From NCBI GenBank assembly GCA_000004985.1, contig GG739237.1: a DNA stretch of 36,540 nucleotides; one strand, written 5' to 3'. A program made the translations under genes and the position numbers. Shown piece by piece: positions 31,901 to 36,540 of the stretch. Positions within the stretch are counted from its first letter, which is position 1. Every line of letters starts with the position of its first letter. The stretch is from Naegleria gruberi (Eukaryota). Below the pieces are notes generated by a model, which was given only the letters and a program-made list of their open reading frames with translations, searched no databases and was not told where the DNA came from.

Positions 31901-34900
31901 NNNNNNNNNNNNNNNNNNNNNNNNNNNNNNNNNNNNNNNNNNNNNNNNNNNNNNNNNNNNNNNNNNNNNNNNNNNNNNNNNNNNNNNNNNNNNNNNNNNN
32001 NNNNNNNNNNNNNNNNNNNNNNNNNNNNNNNNNNNNNNNNNNNNNNNNNNNNNNNNNNNNNNNNNNNNNNNNNNNNNNNNNNNNNNNNNNNNNNNNNNNN
32101 NNNNNNNNNNNNNNNNNNNNNNNNNNNNNNNNNNNNNNNNNNNNNNNNNNNNNNNNNNNNNNNNNNNNNNNNNNNNNNNNNNNNNNNNNNNNNNNNNNNN
32201 NNNNNNNNNNNNNNNNNNNNNNNNNNNNNNNNNNNNNNNNNNNNNNNNNNNNNNNNNNNNNNNNNNNNNNNNNNNNNNNNNNNNNNNNNNNNNNNNNNNN
32301 NNNNNNNNNNNNNNNNNNNNNNNNNNNNNNNNNNNNNNNNNNNNNNNNNNNNNNNNNNNNNNNNNNNNNNNNNNNNNNNNNNNNNNNNNNNNNNNNNNNN
32401 NNNNNNNNNNNNNNNNNNNNNNNNNNNNNNNNNNNNNNNNNNNNNNNNNNNNNNNNNNNNNNNNNNNNNNNNNNNNNNNNNNNNNNNNNNNNNNNNNNNN
32501 NNNNNNNNNNNNNNNNNNNNNNNNNNNNNNNNNNNNNNNNNNNNNNNNNNNNNNNNNNNNNNNNNNNNNNNNNNNNNNNNNNNNNNNNNNNNNNNNNNNN
32601 NNNNNNNNNNNNNNNNNNNNNNNNNNNNNNNNNNNNNNNNNNNNNNNNNNNNNNNNNNNNNNNNNNNNNNNNNNNNNNNNNNNNNNNNNNNNNNNNNNNN
32701 NNNNNNNNNNNNNNNNNNNNNNNNNNNNNNNNNNNNNNNNNNNNNNNNNNNNNNNNNNNNNNNNNNNNNNNNNNNNNNNNNNNNNNNNNNNNNNNNNNNN
32801 NNNNNNNNNNNNNNNNNNNNNNNNNNNNNNNNNNNNNNNNNNNNNNNNNNNNNNNNNNNNNNNNNNNNNNNNNNNNNNNNNNNNNNNNNNNNNNNNNNNN
32901 NNNNNNNNNNNNNNNNNNNNNNNNNNNNNNNNNNNNNNNNNNNNNNNNNNNNNNNNNNNNNNNNNNNNNNNNNNNNNNNNNNNNNNNNNNNNNNNNNNNN
33001 NNNNNNNNNNNNNNNNNNNNNNNNNNNNNNNNNNNNNNNNNNNNNNNNNNNNNNNNNNNNNNNNNNNNNNNNNNNNNNNNNNNNNNNNNNNNNNNNNNNN
33101 NNNNNNNNNNNNNNNNNNNNNNNNNNNNNNNNNNNNNNNNNNNNNNNNNNNNNNNNNNNNNNNNNNNNNNNNNNNNNNNNNNNNNNNNNNNNNNNNNNNN
33201 NNNNNNNNNNNNNNNNNNNNNNNNNNNNNNNNNNNNNNNNNNNNNNNNNNNNNNNNNNNNNNNNNNNNNNNNNNNNNNNNNNNNNNNNNNNNNNNNNNNN
33301 NNNNNNNNNNNNNNNNNNNNNNNNNNNNNNNNNNNNNNNNNNNNNNNNNNNNNNNNNNNNNNNNNNNNNNNNNNNNNNNNNNNNNNNNNNNNNNNNNNNN
33401 NNNNNNNNNNNNNNNNNNNNNNNNNNNNNNNNNNNNNNNNNNNNNNNNNNNNNNNNNNNNNNNNNNNNNNNNNNNNNNNNNNNNNNNNNNNNNNNNNNNN
33501 NNNNNNNNNNNNNNNNNNNNNNNNNNNNNNNNNNNNNNNNNNNNNNNNNNNNNNNNNNNNNNNNNNNNNNNNNNNNNNNNNNNNNNNNNNNNNNNNNNNN
33601 NNNNNNNNNNNNNNNNNNNNNNNNNNNNNNNNNNNNNNNNNNNNNNNNNNNNNNNNNNNNNNNNNNNNNNNNNNNNNNNNNNNNNNNNNNNNNNNNNNNN
33701 NNNNNNNNNNNNNNNNNNNNNNNNNNNNNNNNNNNNNNNNNNNNNNNNNNNNNNNNNNNNNNNNNNNNNNNNNNNNNNNNNNNNNNNNNNNNNNNNNNNN
33801 NNNNNNNNNNNNNNNNNNNNNNNNNNNNNNNNNNNNNNNNNNNNNNNNNNNNNNNNNNNNNNNNNNNNNNNNNNNNNNNNNNNNNNNNNNNNNNNNNNNN
33901 NNNNNNNNNNNNNNNNNNNNNNNNNNNNNNNNNNNNNNNNNNNNNNNNNNNNNNNNNNNNNNNNNNNNNNNNNNNNNNNNNNNNNNNNNNNNNNNNNNNN
34001 NNNNNNNNNNNNNNNNNNNNNNNNNNNNNNNNNNNNNNNNNNNNNNNNNNNNNNNNNNNNNNNNNNNNNNNNNNNNNNNNNNNNNNNNNNNNNNNNNNNN
34101 NNNNNNNNNNNNNNNNNNNNNNNNNNNNNNNNNNNNNNNNNNNNNNNNNNNNNNNNNNNNNNNNNNNNNNNNNNNNNNNNNNNNNNNNNNNNNNNNNNNN
34201 NNNNNNNNNNNNNNNNNNNNNNNNNNNNNNNNNNNNNNNNNNNNNNNNNNNNNNNNNNNNNNNNNNNNNNNNNNNNNNNNNNNNNNNNNNNNNNNNNNNN
34301 NNNNNNNNNNNNNNNNNNNNNNNNNNNNNNNNNNNNNNNNNNNNNNNNNNNNNNNNNNNNNNNNNNNNNNNNNNNNNNNNNNNNNNNNNNNNNNNNNNNN
34401 NNNNNNNNNNNNNNNNNNNNNNNNNNNNNNNNNNNNNNNNNNNNNNNNNNNNNNNNNNNNNNNNNNNNNNNNNNNNNNNNNNNNNNNNNNNNNNNNNNNN
34501 NNNNNNNNNNNNNNNNNNNNNNNNNNNNNNNNNNNNNNNNNNNNNNNNNNNNNNNNNNNNNNNNNNNNNNNNNNNNNNNNNNNNNNNNNNNNNNNNNNNN
34601 NNNNNNNNNNNNNNNNNNNNNNNNNNNNNNNNNNNNNNNNNNNNNNNNNNNNNNNNNNNNNNNNNNNNNNNNNNNNNNNNNNNNNNNNNNNNNNNNNNNN
34701 NNNNNNNNNNNNNNNNNNNNNNNNNNNNNNNNNNNNNNNNNNNNNNNNNNNNNNNNNNNNNNNNNNNNNNNNNNNNNNNNNNNNNNNNNNNNNNNNNNNN
34801 NNNNNNNNNNNNNNNNNNNNNNNNNNNNNNNNNNNNNNNNNNNNNNNNNNNNNNNNNNNNNNNNNNNNNNNNNNNNNNNNNNNNNNNNNNNNNNNNNNNN

Positions 34901-35495
34901 NNNNNNNNNNNNNNNNNNNNNNNNNNNNNNNNNNNNNNNNNNNNNNNNNNNNNNNNNNNNNNNNNNNNNNNNNNNNNNNNNNNNNNNNNNNNNNNNNNNN
35001 NNNNNNNNNNNNNNNNNNNNNNNNNNNNNNNNNNNNNNNNNNNNNNNNNNNNNNNNNNNNNNNNNNNNNNNNNNNNNNNNNNNNNNNNNNNNNNNNNNNN
35101 NNNNNNNNNNNNNNNNNNNNNNNNNNNNNNNNNNNNNNNNNNNNNNNNNNNNNNNNNNNNNNNNNNNNNNNNNNNNNNNNNNNNNNNNNNNNNNNNNNNN
35201 NNNNNNNNNNNNNNNNNNNNNNNNNNNNNNNNNNNNNNNNNNNNNNNNNNNNNNNNNNNNNNNNNNNNNNNNNNNNNNNNNNNNNNNNNNNNNNNNNNNN
35301 NNNNNNNNNNNNNNNNNNNNNNNNNNNNNNNNNNNNNNNNNNNNNNNNNNNNNNNNNNNNNNNNNNNNNNNNNNNNNNNNNNNNNNNNNNNNNNNNNNNN
35401 NNNNNNNNNNNNNNNNNNNNNNNNNNNNNNNNNNNNNNNNNNNNNNNNNNNNNNNNNNNNNNNNNNNNNNNNNNNNNNNNNNNNNNNNNNNNNNN
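1980..35495. other. Assembly gap: 33,516 consecutive N
   Basis: Uninterrupted n from 1980 to 35495. No sequence information. Every ORF-track feature crossing it is an artefact. Confidence 0.99.
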
Positions 35496-36540
35496 TTAAT
35501 AAATCTTGTAATTCGATCATTCTAGTTTCAGAATAAGATGGTTGAAATGTTTCTAATATTGGAGCATTTTCAGTTATTTCCTCCAAGCATATTTTTAAAT
35601 TTGATTTCAAGAGCAGATTTCTTGCTCTTTTGATAACATGAGAATAATCAAAAATATGGTATGAAGATAAATCTGTTTTCAATTTTTCTGCAACTTGAAT
35701 ATTTCCATTGGCTCCATCTGAACTAGTGCACACCAATGTGAAAGATTCATTCTTGTTTTGAATGAGATTGACTACTTCTTTGATTTTTCTGACAATAAAA
35801 TCTACGTGCTTACTAGAATCGTATCCAAAAGCTCCAAGAGGAAAACTACAATTCCCATCTAGAGATGTGTAAAAAAACTGACAAAGTTTTGAGGCAACAT
35901 CTGATTGGCTGATGGTTTCATGTTTTTCCATTACTTCATCACTAGTTAAGATGTTATCATTAATAAAACCTACAACTCGTTTTTGAAATGAATCAAATAC
36001 AAGTCCAGAACGAATTTCCATTTCATCCCATGAAATAATAAATTCTTTACAAATATTTTGTGTGATCATTCCATCAATAAGAGAAGATAATGAGTTATTC
36101 CATGATGTATTCATTGATGGTAAATATTCTTGCAATGTAGAAATGGAAGGCAGAATGAAATTATAATTAAGAGTACCTTTTTGATTAGAATTAAACCCTC
36201 TAAAGAATTCATATGCCTTCTTACCTCCACAATATTTGAAGTTTAAACACCATTCAATTATTATTGGATCATGCCGAATTTGACGTGAAGATTTATCAGC
36301 ATTTACGATGGTATTGGATATAAATCTATAAAAGAAATGGTTTGGTGTTATAATTTTACGTTCCAACAGTGATCTTAATTTTTCAACAATTACATCATCA
36401 TTATGTGACAATATTTTGACCTTCCTTTTGAGTGATTTGATTGTTTTACGAAACTGTTGAATTTTCTTTGCTAATGTTCTATCATGATACTTTCGTAGTG
36501 AATTTCTATATAATTTTCCACAAGAAGAGCACGTACGTGA
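35496..36540 (-). CDS. P-element / THAP9-family transposase (Tnp_P_element-type catalytic region), internal fragment: N-terminal side continues beyond the window end, C-terminal side continues into the gap
   Basis: The minus-strand frame is open over all 1,045 real bases. The track's start at 36411 is a TTG inside an open frame that continues to base 36540 (SRTCSSCGKLYRNSLRKYHDRTLAKKIQQFRKTIKSLKRKVKI-LSHNDD...). The translation is collinear, from my recollection of those sequences, with Drosophila P transposase and human THAP9. IVEKLRSLLERK matches the leucine-zipper/coiled-coil region. EWCLNFKYCGGKKAYEFF..FILPSISTLQEYL matches AICLHTAGPRAYNHLY..FPLPSRTTLYRWL. IISWDEMEI matches LAFDEMKV (first catalytic Asp). 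FTLVCTSSDGANGNIQVAEKL matches YLVVAIVSDLGTGNQKLWTELG and VLAVTSDATAHSVQMAKALG (second catalytic Asp). HIFDYSHVIKRARNLL matches FVFSDTPHLIKLVRN and FFDSCHLLRLIRNAF. No internal stop or frameshift in the visible part. Confidence 0.8.

Noticed and set aside
1593-35525. 11,310-aa + strand ORF in the supplied track
   Set aside because: It spans the 33,516-nt N run, translated as X. Only its first 387 nt (the vWA exon 2 frame, TTG alternative start) are real coding sequence. The tail after the gap is antisense to the transposase.
1954-36411. 11,485-aa minus-strand ORF in the supplied track
   Set aside because: Same artefact. The real part is the transposase fragment 35496..36540. The start at 36411 is a TTG inside a frame that stays open to the window end, and the far end at 1954 is N-bridged antisense of the vWA gene.
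36481-36540. Cys pair (TCSSCGK...H) at the extreme window end as a THAP zinc finger
   Set aside because: Collinearity with P transposase/THAP9 places this stretch in the linker/coiled-coil region downstream of the THAP domain. The real C2CH THAP finger would lie beyond base 36540.
1-36540. Prokaryotic-style features (operons, RBS, CRISPR arrays, rho-independent terminators)
   Set aside because: The spliceosomal intron, A-rich eukaryotic initiation context, GPI-type C-terminus and eukaryotic P-family transposase all indicate a eukaryotic (yeast-like) genome. No direct-repeat arrays were seen in the 3 kb of real sequence.

Overview
Only about 3 kb of this window is real sequence. Positions 1980..35495 (33,516 nt) are an unbroken run of N, which reads as an assembly/scaffold gap. 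The two ~11,000-aa ORFs in the supplied track are artefacts of translating N as X across that gap. The real sequence (1..1979 and 35496..36540) looks eukaryotic and yeast-like: it is AT-rich, it has a GT-AG spliceosomal intron, an A-rich leader precedes the ATG, and codon use favours TTG/AGA/GGT/GTT/TCT/GCT/CCA. The left flank carries two genes. (i) The 3' part of a + strand gene (3..893) encodes a kelch-type beta-propeller repeat protein that ends in a GPI-anchor-like hydrophobic tail. (ii) The 5' part of a + strand gene (1292..1979, one 49-nt intron) encodes a protein that starts MGNKQS (an N-myristoylation consensus), carries a His/Gln/Ser low-complexity tract, and then a classical von Willebrand factor A (vWA) domain with an intact DxSxS MIDAS motif (the metal-ion-dependent adhesion site); it runs into the gap. 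The right flank (35496..36540, minus strand) is the central part of a P-element / THAP9-family transposase. The reading frame is open at both ends (the window edge and the gap), and two of the three RNase-H-fold catalytic acidic motifs (WDEM and TSSDG) are visible and intact. No rRNA or tRNA genes, CRISPR arrays or prokaryotic operon features are present.
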